A stretch of DNA of 46,880 nucleotides, from NCBI GenBank assembly GCA_025201805.1, contig MU619372.1, forward strand, positions 29,987-76,866, given 5' to 3'. The translations under genes were made by a program, and so were the position numbers. The DNA comes from Parasitella parasitica NRRL 2501. Its lineage: Eukaryota > Fungi > Mucoromycota. This document shows positions 13,493 through 26,454 of the stretch, piece after piece. How positions within the stretch are numbered: the stretch's first letter is position 1; every line of letters begins with the position of its first letter. The notes below the pieces were generated by a model that did not search any database, was not told where the DNA came from, and saw nothing but the letters and a program-made list of their open reading frames with translations.

Positions 13493-14211
13493 ATGTTATC
13501 TGCAGTAAGTCAAAAGTCGAATGGAGATACATCCTTGAATGAACAATGTGCTAACCTAAAGCACAGTCAAAACTAGCCAGAACTTCACCCGGATTATTGC
13601 AAGCTACTCGCTCATTAGCGTAAGTCGTGGACTACGAGTGTATTGACGTACGCTGACAGTACATGTATAGCACAACAGCCAATACAGCACCAGCAGCCGA
13701 GAGTAGAAAGCCCATTGAGCTGGAACTCCCCAAGATTGCTGAGGCCAGCCAGGAGCTTAGCCAGGTTTTCAAAGGTAAAAAAAAAAAAAAAAAGCGAGTG
13801 GCAGACTTCCATGATGCATAGGTATTTACTGTTGGACGTATAGTACCTCAGCGAGTGACACCTACACACAACATCCCTGTATGCAACCTTCAGATGAGAG
13901 GATATCTCCCTCAACAACTCGATTTTTACGCCGACTTTGCTCGCCGTGCAGCTTTTCATATGGGGATGCCGTGCTCTGGCACAGTGCCCTTGCCCACCCA
14001 AACCTCACGATGGACAGTCATTCGATCACCCTTTGTGCACAAGAAATCGCAGGAGAATTTCGAACGAAAGACGCACAAGCGACTGCTGCAAATCAAAGAT
14101 GCTCATCCAGAAGTAGTAGAGAGATGGCTGCAATATTTGACAATGAATGCGCCAGCTGGCATTGGTATGCGCGCAACAAAGTTTGAATTTGAGTCGCTGG
14201 GAAGAAATTAG
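13493..14211 (+). CDS. RSM10: Mitochondrial ribosomal protein uS10m (4 exons; introns ~13505-13566, 13620-13670, 13775-13843)
   Basis: S10 motif VPLPTQTSRWTVIRSPFVHKKSQENFERKTHKRLLQI. The spliced N-terminus MLSA|SKLARTSPGLLQATRSLA resembles a mitochondrial presequence. Confidence 0.88.
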
Positions 14212-14413
14212 ATGTGTATAGTATTGTGTTATTTACAATAAACAACCTGTTTTTTTTTGTTTTTTCTTGCAAATGTCATGTAGCAGCATAGTTCAGTACA
14301 ACCCATATTTTAAACACACACGTGAGGTCAAGCCTAAATGCTGCTATAAAAGAATCATACGAGTCTGTTACATTTCCCACTTGCTCTTCCTCCCGTTTTC
14401 CATTCTGAAATAC

Positions 14414-16675
14414 ATGACCCACTTTATGTCTACTGAAACTTCGGCCTACTCTTCAGCATTTCCTCCTCTGCAAGCCTTTCCATGGGCATTTCATAAGCAG
14501 TCTTCGTTCCATCATGCATCATCGCCAGCATCAGCTCCATCCACTCCGTTGGGCTTGTTGACAGCATTCGCCCCGCCAAAGTACCCCGCCTACCTCAAGC
14601 ACACCAGCTATGCCACTCTTGCCACTGACCAGTATCAACATCTGCAGCGGCAAAAGAAGTGCAGCAGCGACGACTACAACCGGGAGCTTGTGGAGATCGA
14701 TCTTCGGCTCCCACAGCACTGGAGCTTCAATGAGAGATCACGCCATTTGGAGGTGGGGTTGAACGGCTATGACTTGACATTTCATGCTCAAACGCCAGGT
14801 ATGCGTCCTACAACATCATGCAATTATTCTTCGTGGGAAACCATTGTTTATGTAGTGTTGTTTTTTTTTCTGGCGTAGGACCGGGTAAAAAGGAACTCGC
14901 AAACGCTGCCTCTATTCGCACAAATTTCCCAATGAGACCCCAATGTGGCATTTACTATTACGAAATCAACGTTGTTTCAATGGGAAACGATGGCCTCTTT
15001 GCTGTTGGTTTCTGTGACTCGGCCCATACGCTGGACAAACTGCCAGGTATTATATGTTGTGGAGGAGGAGGGGGGGGGGAGCATCATTGACATTAACCAC
15101 AAAAAATACAATAGGTGCTAGCTCTGGTTCGTTTGGATATCATGGCCAAAACGGCCACATTTATCAGCGAAACTCTACTGGAAAGCTATACGGCCCGTCG
15201 TTTGCAGCAGGCGATGTGGTTGGATGTGGCATCAACTTTTTCAACAATACTGCATTCTTTACGAAAAACGGCGTCTCCCTGGGATGTGCCTTTGATGCTA
15301 TTGAGGTTTCATCCCCACTGTATCCTTGCGTCGGCCTCAGCACGCGTGGCGAAAAGATAGCCGCTAATTTTGGCCAGCAAGAATTTGCCTTTGACATTGT
15401 GTCATACGTCAAAGTAATTTGCACATGCAGACGCATCAACACCCTCCCCCCCCCCCCCCCCCATCATTGACAGCCTTTTTTCTTACATTTAGGAGCAACA
15501 GCGAATATTGATCGAGCAAGTTTGCCATAAACATGAGAACGAAACGCCCCAAAAGAAATACAAAATTGACACAAGGGCCCAAATCGACCAACTAATCCTC
15601 CCGTATCTGGTTCACCAAGGCTACATCGGCACTGCTCAGGCCATGCAAAAGAACGCCGAGTATGTAGGCAATGCAAAGCTACAAACAGCCGAAAGCAGCA
15701 ATGATGTGACAGACCAAGACACCAGACGCAGCATTCGCAAATGCCTTATGACTGGCCATGTTGATGAGGCTATCGAGAAAACACAGACGTCGTATCCCAA
15801 TTTGCTTGCTGACAACCAGGATTTATTGTTCCAGTTAAAAACTCGAAAATACCTGGATCTGTTGATGGATGATCTCCTCGAGCCAGCTTGCGCGCAATCA
15901 CTGTGCTCGTCTGACCTGATCAGCAGCAACAGCAGCGATACAGACGACGATACATTGAGCATGCATTCTGGCAGAAGCCGCACTATGAGCACCAGCAGCC
16001 ATGACCTGCAGCACAAAGTGCTCTATGAAGAACAGCCTGTTTCATTCGGCCATTACGTGTCGCCACCGCTGCCTGTTGCCGCGTCGGGAAGACGCTTAAG
16101 TTGGGCTGCTATTGCTGCATCTCCCATGGCTGCTGCTGATTCGCATTCAGACGAAAGCCAGCAACCCTGCAGGAGAAGACGTTTATCTAGTCAAAGTAGC
16201 TATGGTCGTCGTGACAGCTACAGTAGCAGCCTGTCCCTAAACGAAGAAGAAAAAGAAGAGGAGAGCTCCAAAACCATGGCTATTGTGCGCAGGGCTATGC
16301 ACTATGGACAACAATTGCAAGATGAATATAAAAACACGAAATACTGGGACGAGCTGACGGAACCGTTTGCTCTCTTGACATTTGCAGACCCTAAATCGAG
16401 CCCACTGCGTCATTTGCTCGATGCTTCTCGTCGAGACTTGGTTGCCTCGGATTTAAACAATGCGATTCAAGGTAATTCTCTTTATTTTTATTTTTTTTAA
16501 AAAAAAGCATCTTTTTTCTCAATATAAACATATAATAGCGTATAGACATCGTGCTATGAGATCGAATCTGGAACTGGTCTTGAAGCAGGCCATTGTAACC
16601 GGTAAAGAGCTTGCCTTGTCTGGCCATGGAAAAGCGTCATTGATGCACATTCAAAATCAATTTGTGTCCAATTGA
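14414..16675 (+). CDS. RanBP9/10-like SPRY-LisH-CTLH-CRA protein (GID/CTLH complex scaffold), multi-exon
   Basis: SPRY: AASIRTNFPMRPQCGIYYYEI, LPG, SFGYHGQNG, YGPSFAAGDVVGCGINF, FFTKNG, LYPCVGL, NFGQQEFAFDI. LisH: LILPYLVHQGYIGTA. CTLH: RRSIRKCLMTGHVDEAIE. CRA: FALLTFADP...RRDLVASDLNNAI. Confidence 0.88.
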
Positions 16676-16690
16676 CAAATGGAGCGTCAT

Positions 16691-17066
16691 TCATTCGCTT
16701 CTGTCCTGCACAGTTTGTCCTTTGGGCCAAACTCCATCATCCTGCCATCCACTCACTAAAATTGGAATCTTGAGAGAGAGAGAAAAATCAATACTTGCAA
16801 CGCTAAAAAATAAATAAATATACGAAAAAATAACTAACAATATATCTCAATGATATTGGCGTTTTGAATATTTGCCGTTGGTTCACCAATTGCTTGTAAA
16901 TTGCCTTTTGCTGTGCTTCCTGCTTCAAAATTGCATCGTACTTTTCCGCAATTGCCGCCGCTTTTTCTTGACTATCAATGTAATTTTGGTTTGGTTTGGT
17001 CCATTCTTTTCTTTGTAGTTCCCAGGCTTGCAATCCTTTAGTGGGATCTTCTGATTTCACGGACAT
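16691..17066 (-). CDS. Small DUF4050/Gag1-like protein (2 exons)
   Basis: GLQAWELQRKEWT...IYKQLVNQRQIFKTPISLRYI splices to IPILVSGWQDDGVWPKG, matching the recalled DUF4050 pattern (W..R..W / IY..L / L..GW..DG.W). Confidence 0.7.
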
Positions 17067-17529
17067 GGGGAAGGGGAAGGGGGTATTCGATCAATGTGTC
17101 AACTTGGGGCCAGAGGCAACATGCAAACGATGGAAAATTTTGACTACATTGTGTGTCAGTGACTTGTTAAAGCCATGTATCCACAGACCTTATGGAGTCA
17201 TGCGTACAAATGTACGTTCAAATTGCATCTATAGCCATACAATCGACAGACATTTTGTGATTGATTTCATATTTCCAAGTGATTCAAAATCAAGGATGTA
17301 ATATTGCACATATACGAATACTGATACAAGGACATTGATCATGTAATATTGACTTTTTTTTTTTTTTTTTTTTTTCGTATCATTTAAATGGAATCATGGT
17401 TCCGAATGGTCAATGATAAAGAGTGATATTTTTATTAGCCTACGATATGGCTACTAGATACAATATACTGGCATAAAGCAGATGAAGAGTACGTACAGCG
17501 GCATTCCAGGAAGCCCCAACTCACGCAGC

Positions 17530-17829
17530 CTAGCAATAGGAGACACGTTCTACCTTTCTTTTGACATCGACAAAGACATTCAACCTGTCTGGTTGGAAAT
17601 CTCGAGTCATTATCGAGTCAGGAAATAAAACGCGATGGTTAGGCGGCAAATCCTTCTCTCTGAATACCTGCAATATATAGACGTTAACAGCTGCATGATC
17701 ATTTGCCGTCATTCGATTTTCAAAGCTACACAATGTACATACCTCGTCAGCGTTAAAGAGTTCAGGAGCATCACCATTTAGTAGAGTCTTGCCAACCAGT
17801 TTATCCCTCCATTCATCGATATTATTCAT
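17530..17829 (-). CDS. Small peptidase inhibitor I78 / potato inhibitor I-like protein (intron 17742-17668)
   Basis: MNNIDEWRDKLVGK...DE|VFREKDLPPNHRVLFPDSIMTRDFQPDRLNVFVD...V..VSYC; RV..P...T.D...RLN is the family reactive-loop pattern. Confidence 0.78.
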   Translation of the reverse strand: MNNIDEWRDKLVGKTLLNGDAPELFNADEVCTLCSFENRMTANDHAAVNVYILQVFREKDLPPNHRVLFPDSIMTRDFQPDRLNVFVDVKRKVERVSYC

Positions 17830-18650
17830 TTTTCTAGTACGAGTTTGTATCATAAGACGCAAAAGAACCAAGAAACGTTTTCGCAGTAATCAGAGAGCCT
17901 TTTAAACTGGCTGATGCCTTCCTTTTATAGCCCAGCATTTGGGTTTGTGCTTGACTTTTTTGGAGTTAATCCCGGCCGGAAACGCCTCGTTGACATGGCA
18001 GCAACCAAGCATGAAGATTACTATTCTTTAGCATCAATATTGGGATGTAGTGTGCGGGTTCTTGAAGCTGTGTTCCAGCTGTTTCGAAAGGTCTAAATAG
18101 TGTCCAGATAACCATGTCCCAGTAGATCAGACAATATGCTTTGATGCTTATTACGCTAATAGCCAACGAGTGCACTAGGTATTTAGATCATAATTTGAAC
18201 CAGTTACTCAAACATTTAATTTGGCTTGGCAAATTTCGACTGTAGTCTTAACCCTCCCCCCCCCCCTTTTTTTTTTTTTTTTTTGCTAGCAAACGATGTC
18301 TTGTGCATTTATGCACAGTCAACTTGAGTGTATCTGGGCATTCAAGTATGTGCATCTGGCTTAAATCTCCCTATCCATCGCACCCTATCTTTGATGGTAG
18401 ATCACCTTAACATGAGGAATTTCTCTTCTTTTTTTTTTCAATCTGCAATCAATCCAATCACAGCAACAGTGCTTGGGCGCCGTGGATCACTTTTTTAGCA
18501 CATTACCAATCATTAGAATTGGATTGAAGCCGGACAAGCAAAGAGAGTATAATGGGAAATGTGACGTCAAGCTAAAGGATTATTAAGCTCAAAGCAAAAC
18601 AAGTGCATATTCAAGTAACAGATTCTTTTTTTACTTTTTCAATATCTTAC

Positions 18651-21600
18651 ATGTCCACCTATTTAGACTCACGGACAAGCAACTCTAGCTCGTTTTTGTA
18701 TCAAAGCCATCCGCCCTCGTCTCCTGTAGCGAGCAACAGCAGCTTAACTCAAGTACCACAACCACCACAACCACCACAACCACCACAATCACCACAACCA
18801 CCACAACAGCAACTGCAGCAGACGCAGACGCAGACGCAGCCACAGCCACAGCCACAGCCACAGCCACAGGCAGAACAACAACCACAACAACCACAACAAC
18901 CACAACAATCACAAAAGCAGATTCCTGACGAAAAGTTCAATGAAATACACTACAGCACTAGCAGCAATAGCAATGACCATGCACTACTGGTGGATTATCT
19001 TGTGTCTCCCAGACCTTCTCCCAGTCGTGCTCCTCAACCCAATGCATCTGATGACGCTAATAGCAATGTGACCAAACGACGATCCTCTTGCTCATCCTCA
19101 TCCTCATCCTCATCCTCGAGCTCATCATCAAACACCAATCCTCTGACGATTAAGCCTATCAGGTTGAACACGGATATCAGTACCAGCAAAGAGCATCTTC
19201 TGAAAAGAGACCCGTTTCAGTTCAAGTCAAAGAGCAGTACAGCCAACGCATCATCAGCAACAGCTGCGCCTGTGTCGACTGCGGCATCGTTGGTGATATC
19301 ACCAAAGTCAGGGAAGCAGTACGAAAAGAGAAAAAGCAGCAAGCTATACAAACGAGAAAAGCTCAAAGAAGCCAAAAACGAATACGAAGAGCGCATTGAA
19401 GAGTACATTCATCAATTGACTATCGGCTGTCAGCAAAGGGATTGCAGAAACAAGTTTTGTGCTTCTGGCAGAGGTAATACATATTTCTCTCTCTCTCTCT
19501 TTTTTTTTTTTTTTTGCAGAGTTGTCTGATTATTGTTTTCTATTTTCAAATGTAGGTGGCATTATAAGCTTACAACCGCAAGCGGCACTTATTATGGCTA
19601 TTCAGCTTGCTTCAATGCCTGGCTCCAGACTCTGCGACCAAAAAAAGGAGGTCAATTTTAATTTGGAGGAAAATCAGTTCATCGCAAACCAACCTCAGGA
19701 AACAAAGCCCTTTTTGCAGTCCTTATTTACATCCGCTCCCTTCTCCGGGTTATTGCAGCGCCAGCAACGTCCATCGCAAAAGCAGCTAAAAAAATCAAAA
19801 TCACAGCAGCCGTCCAAGCCTGGAAGGGAGGCTTTTTCTGGCAAAAACCACTGGGCCACTGATGTTTGGAGGTATTTTAGTCATTTTAGCAATAGCCATG
19901 CTGATTTTGACGACAAAGAGGAACTGGAAGAGGAAGGAGGAGGAGGAGAAGAAGAGGAAGAAGAGGGAGCAAACGATGAAGAAGAGGAGGAGGAGGAGGA
20001 GAAGCATAGAGAAAGAGACAAGCAAAAGCAGCATGATGATACTATGGCCTTTTCTGACAAAAGGGCAGACAGCCATGTTGGAATGCGACACTCTGATCAG
20101 GGCGATAAAAGCTACTATCAATTGGATCATGATGATAATAGGTCTTCTGACGGCGGAGACGAGAGTTGTGGCAGTAGCTCTAGCCCAGAAGGCATGCTTT
20201 TAGCGATATCTCCATTGGCTGTGAATCTAGATTTAGCCGTGGAACATTTGCATCGAGCCATTGTTGCTCAATCTATTTCTGAACATAAAATGGATGCTTG
20301 GTGCAGGTCTGTCTTTCAGAGCTGGGAGGGAATTGGAAACAGCTTTTTGGTGCCTCAGTATCAATTTTGCATCCCCCCTTTACAGCATAAAGAAATCCAG
20401 TTCATCAACCTAGACGCGTTGACACGATTTTACCATTTGGTGATCCATCAGGACCATGAAAAAGACGCCAAAAGACAGAAAAACCCTCGCCAGGTACGCA
20501 TTATGGAAGCCATCTCGGACAGCTTTGAAACTCTATTGGATCGCATGGCATTGAATGTTGGAGCACTGGCTGATTTTGAAGCTATGGAAGATGCAGAGCT
20601 TTACCATATCCGTATGATGATTGAATGGTCTCGTTCGGTGATGGCAGTCATTCAGTGGGTTATTTGCTGCAAGGAGAAAAAGCACAAGGAAGAGCAGGAT
20701 GGACTTGCTGCTCTAGTAGTCAAGCTAGACGACATTTCTACCAAACAGAAAAGGGCCGCTACTATTGCATCTACAAGCCAAATTATTCTGACACAAAAGC
20801 TGATCCAGGTTTTGAGTAAAATTGCGCACAAAAAAAAGTCTATTATAAGGAAAATCATGCAAAATATGCTTTCAAGGTAAATATGAAGGATAGTAATTTT
20901 GACGTATACTTGATTTATAAAATTCGACACTTAGTTTGAATCCGGTTCGAATGGGGTGCATTGCGCAAGATTTACAGCAATATCTGCTGGACCATTTCCA
21001 TGTAGGGCCTTACAAGCATGGATTGGAAGATACCGTTATCATGACCATGAAGTGTCTCGAATTGATATATCAAAGCAGCATGAAGAATCCCAGCCTCCCT
21101 GTGATCCCGCCCTCGACTTTTTACAGCGCAGAGGTGTGCAAAAAGCTCAGTATCAAGAACGAATACAGAATCTGGAAACGTGTGCTTCTCTATGGCGAAG
21201 GTAGACATTCGACTTTGGTCACACGCCAAGGAGAAACAGAGCACCAACGCAGATCCCGGCTTTTCATGACAACTACGTCTACATCTACCATGTTGCCTTA
21301 TCCGTTCGAGAACGAATACCAGTTTTCTTGGTTCAGCTACCCGTTTTTGCTACCTCCTGCCATCAAGCGCAAAATTGTGCTCATAGACGCCATGTCGCAA
21401 ATGTCGCTAGAGTACGAAGATGCCTGCGTCAACCACACACTGGTTGTTCATGCTCAGAAATTGCTTTCAGAGGCTCCGCGCATGCTCAAGAATTTGGAAA
21501 TCAATCTTCGCAGTGCGACTTGTCCGTACTTGTTGCTTGAAATCCGCCGTGAATATTTTGTCAAAGATACGCTGAGCCAGATGTCTCGTAAATGGTGCGA

Positions 21601-22809
21601 TTTGAAGAAGCCGCTCAAAGTCAAGTTTATTGATGGTGGGGAAGTCGGCATGGACCAAGGCGGCGTGCAGAAGGAGTTCTTTGGCGTCCTGTTTGAAAAG
21701 CTGGTTTCGCTTGATGTCGGCCTCTTTGTACAGGATGAACACACTCGTCTTTGTTGGATTCGGCCCGTCTTGGATTATGATGTCCGCATGTTTGAGATGG
21801 TTGGTGTCATGATGGGCCTTTCCATATACAATGGCGTGATGATGAATCTGCAATTTCCAAAAGTATTATGGAAGCTGCTGGTGATGCCAAACGAAGCATT
21901 GATTGATGCAATGGCAGAAAGACATCAGTTGTTTACGCTGGGTGACCTGGAAGAAGGCTGGCCGGCTCTGGGGAGTGGCCTGCGTCAACTACTTGAATGG
22001 AGCGATGGAGAGGTGGAAGAAGTATTTTACCGAGACTATGAAATCTCCATGGACGTTTTTGGACAAGGCATTATCACTACATCTTTGATGCCGAACAAAA
22101 AGGATTTAGTTGTGCCTGTAACAAACAGCAACCGAGAATCTTACGTTCGGGACTATTGTACTTTTTTCATGTACACTGCTCAAAAAGAGCAGCTTTTAGC
22201 CATGCGTCGTGGACTATGGAGTGTTATCGGCAGTAGAGCGCTTAATTTGTGCACGGCCGAAGAATTGGAAATGGTGGCGTGCGGTCATCGCCAAGGGCCT
22301 GATGCACTAGATCTCAATATGGTCGAACTGGAAAATGTAGCTGAATATGATGATGGATACAACGTAGAACATCCCACCATTAGGTAAAGCAGCTGGTAAC
22401 CACTTTTATTGACGTGTATTAACACTACAGTCATAGACAATTTTGGTCTGTTGTGCATCACGACTTGACAAATGAACAAAAAAAGAAGCTGCTACTGTTT
22501 GTAACTGCAAGTGATCGTGTGCCTGTTGGTGGATTAAAAGAGTTGACTTTTTTTATCCAGAGAAATGGGCCAGACAGCGACAGGTACTAAGTGCTTTTTT
22601 TTTTCATGAAATATATATACAAGATATATATATATATATATAACGGCTCTATTTTTGAATACTTGATCTAACCATTCAACTTGGATAGATTACCTACCGC
22701 CCTCACTTGTTTTAGCAGGCTTTTACTCCCTGAATATAGATCACGACAAATTCTACGTGATAGATTGGTCACAGCAATCGAAAATACCAAAGGTTTTGGC
22801 CTTGTATAA
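18651..22809 (+). CDS. HECT E3 ubiquitin ligase, UBE3A/HUL4-like, with AZUL-type Zn finger, multi-exon
   Basis: YIHQLTIGCQQRDCRNKFCAS (AZUL), LLLEIRRE, DLKKPLKVKF..GE.GMDQGGVQKEFF, LLLFVTASDRVPVGG, RLPTALTCFSRLLLPEY, ENTKGFGLV*. The start codon is uncertain (see findings). Confidence 0.9.
18751..18910 (+). repeat. Coding micro/minisatellites (PQPPQ, QT, QP repeats) in the HECT ligase N-terminus
   Basis: Arrays of CAACCACCA, CAGACG and CAGCCA units. Confidence 0.9.
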
Positions 22810-23502
22810 TATATAAACATCCCAGCACATCATTATCTATGCGTAAAGGCACTCCTTCCTTTTATTATGTACGAAATAACTCTCAATTTACAATAAATTA
22901 CTGCAATTAACCTTATTCAGGGCCACAATACGCATATGATGCCTTTGAAATATGCGATAGGGTCAATTCAACCCTCCTATGCGTCTGTCATGACATGTTG
23001 AGATTTTCATGTCCATGTGGTTCGTATTACACGATGCTTTACAAATGCATATATTTAATAAGCAGGTGTCAGAGCTTTAGTTCCAAACAGTTACTACAAC
23101 ACTTTAGATGACGGCATATTTCAAAGAATATTCAAGAGCAAATTTTCCACTATTCAAAAAGAGTGTATGATATGATACAGATAGTGGTGATTGCACTATT
23201 CCTCTATACCTCCACCATGTGTCACACCACATCGCACAAACGAGGGCAAGACATGCTGGGAGCAGATGTGTTGATGAGTGGATGTCAATAAAACGCAAGC
23301 GAGGAAAAAAAGCATCTGAGTTAGTTGAACCAAAGAAGTTTTCTTTAGCTGATCCGGGAATATATAAAACTTGGATGATATATTAAGAAACTGTGAGTCT
23401 ATTTTAATGGTGCAGAAAAAAAGAAAAAAAAAATCATGTTAAATGTCCGTATTATGAGACCATAAAATTTCGTTTTTTGAACGTTTTCTGTTTTACTTGC
23501 AA

Positions 23503-23504
<2 letters not shown>

Positions 23505-23565
<61 letters not shown>
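23505..23565 (+). repeat. Poly(T) tract of about 61 nt, 10 bp upstream of the SUR2-like start codon
   Basis: Directly visible homopolymer. Confidence 0.95.
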
Positions 23566-23575
23566 CGCTATTATC

Positions 23576-24630
23576 ATGAATTCTACCATTATGAAGAATT
23601 CTAACAAATTGTTTAGCGGGCTAGGTCTTGACCCGTGGTCTGATGAATTAATGGCTATATGGGTTCCTATTGCAGTGTATTGGATTCAATGCTCAATTTT
23701 TGAAATATTGATGAGACTTCAAATCCCATTTTTTGAGCAATACCGCATTCATTCACCAGAGGATAGGATCAGGAGAAACAAGGTTGGATTTGGCAAGGTG
23801 CTTTTGATGGTGGCACTTCAGCATGTCGTGCAAATCGTACTCGGCATCGCTTTGATGAAGAATTTGGACCCTACTGCCGATCAAATGAAATATGATAATG
23901 CGATCAGTAGATATACTTCTGTTGTGCTCAACCTGCTGGCAAAACTCGGTCAACCACAAGATGCCGCTTTTAGCATTGCAAATAATGTCGCTTATTTCAT
24001 TCAGAACTATATCGTTCCTTGTGCTCAATTTTTTATTGCCATGTAAGAAAAACATTTTTTTTTTCAAACAGGTCTTGGATTACTGCTGACAGCTAGGATT
24101 AGGGTAATTGTCGACACTCATCAATATGTGCTCCATCGACTGGCACACTCCTCCACATACATGTATAAATACATGCATTCTCATCATCATCGTCTATATG
24201 TCCCCTATGCCTTTGGCGCCCTCTATAACCATCCCCTGGAAGGCTTTCTGCTAGACACATGCGGTGCTGCTATTGCATTTGAAGTTACTGGCATGTCTGC
24301 TAAAATGGGCATGTGGTTCTTTACGTTTTCTACCCTCAAGACAAGTAAGTTATGGATGGAAATTGCAAGTTCATTTATATCAACGCTGACGCTTATTTTA
24401 TTATTATAAAAGTCGGCGATCACTGCGGCTACGCTTTTCCTTGGGACCCGCTTACTGCTTTTTTTGGTAACAATGTCAAGTATCACGATATTCACCATCA
24501 AGCGCACGGCATCAAGACAAATTTTGCTCAGCCCTTCTTTACATTCTGGGATGTTCTTCTGCACACAGAATACAGTCAGGTCATGAAGGCCAAGGCTGAA
24601 GCAAAGGTCAGAAAGAATAAGGTCATCTAA
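23576..24630 (+). CDS. SUR2: Sphinganine C4-hydroxylase-like fatty acid hydroxylase (introns 24043-24102, 24345-24412)
   Basis: His boxes LHRLAH, HSHHH and YHDIHH; RLYVPYAFGALYNHPLEGFLLDT, DHCGYAFPWDP and NFAQPFFTFWD are SUR2-type motifs. Confidence 0.85.
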
Positions 24631-24992
24631 AGCTCTACTTTTCTACGACTTTAAATTTTATGCATTTCACACTATTACCATTTCCTTTTGCTTTAATCTT
24701 TTTTTTTATTATTTTTTTTTTTTTTCACTTTTCCAATATTCAAAATACATTCTGCATAGATCCTTCATCCTTTTCCCTTCTCTTTTATTTAGAAATAATA
24801 AACTTAAACCAATTACAGTAGCTAATCTCGCTGTTGCAACATATAATTTTTGACTCATACAGCAAAAGCTGTCCGGGTGATGATGCATAAATTTGGTCAT
24901 TTTTGTGCTTTGAAACCTTTATAAACAGAGATTGAGAACAGGTAGCTTTTTTTTTTTTATTTTTTCCCTCGTTTAAAATTTCTACAATTAAA

Positions 24993-25467
24993 ATGTCCAA
25001 CAACCATCGTGATGAAGAGGCTTCTCCTTTGCTCACAGGCGTTACCCATCAACAAGAAAACTGTGAGCAAAAATGGGCCCGATTCAGGAGAGAACATCGT
25101 GTTCATTTTGGCGCTGGTTGGGTTAGCACAATCGTTATTACAGCCCTTATCACTTACTTGGCGAATGCAAATAAAGAATACCCACCCGATATTTGTATAT
25201 CTGACCGTGAGCGAACCTCTGCTGTTATTCTGTCGGTGTTTTTTGGCACATTAGGTAATGCTCTCGTCTGTGATTTGTACTAGAAAACGCTACTAAATCT
25301 ACATGTAACTATACTACGCAGGCGCTGATCGCTTTTACTTGGGCTACGTTTTGCTGGGCGTGCTGAAATTACTCACAGGCGGCCTAGGTGGCATTTGGTG
25401 GACAGTCGACTTGGTTTTACTAGCTATGAATTCAATTACTGATAAAAATGGATGTCGCCTTGCTTGA
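24993..25467 (+). CDS. TM2-domain membrane protein (intron 25255-25321)
   Basis: AVILSVFFGTL|GADRFYLGYVLLGVLKLLTGGLGGIWWTVDLVLL...DKNGCRL; GADRFYLG is the TM2 signature. Confidence 0.9.
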
Positions 25468-26454
25468 ATTAAAACTTATAAAATACATTAATGTTTCACA
25501 GATACTTTGATCCTTGTTATTTCCTTGATCAAAATGTATAGAGGATAGCCTATCATTGCTAAAGCAACAGCATCTTATGTGTGTTCCATTGAAGAATTGA
25601 TCCCAAGAGAAAGCATTTAATTTCTTGAAATTGCTTCATCTTGTCGTAGCGGTTGCTATGAAATCATATAAGTAGCAATACGCAGTCGCTTGTCATGCAA
25701 CCAGAGACATCATTATAATACCATTTTCACAAAGAAAAATCGAATGATCAAGTCGGTGAATATGCTTGAAGGTTGCACATATCTTGTCGCACAAACAATA
25801 AAGTCTGTGTGTGCTCTGTAGACAGATTCACGTGGATCAACCTGCCTTGATGAATAAATTTTGCTCTTTTGAGATTCAGAATAAATAAGAGTTACTTTAG
25901 AGAGGATTCATGCCTCACATGAAATGAAATACTTTTCTCGCTAACAGCAGGAGCAGAACGTTATATATTGTTCAACAAAGGAGGGTCTTTCAGAAGAGAC
26001 CTCCAGGTACTGTAAACTTATAGATTTTGCAAGTAAGCCTTGTACTTTAAGAAAAAATACATTAAATTGTTCCAAGAGACCATCTCATCCAGAATTCTAT
26101 CAGTGAGAGAATATTCGCTGATATGCTGTGGTTATATATGGATTCAATAGAAGAATAATCTTTGACCAAACACCCGTTGATGACATTTGACATGGATTTA
26201 GAGTCTGGAAACGCTATATGAGTAACATTCTACAATTTTTATTAATTGCTTTAATAAATAAATCTTTCATTTAGTTCCATGCATTGACTCCCTAATTACT
26301 ATTATTCGAGTGATTTGACGATCCAAGCGTTTTCATTTCATTACCAAGGTTTCATCTAAACATCTCGGGTTTTAAATATGAAAATCGTTGTAAAACCTTT
26401 TTTCCACAATTCTTTCTCTTTAAAAAGAAAGGAGGCCCTTTCTATCGACATATT

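Noticed and set aside
18685-18940. Cys/Gly-rich metallothionein-like and poly-Val ORFs on the minus strand
   Set aside because: They are antisense translations of the Gln/Pro repeats of the HECT ligase.
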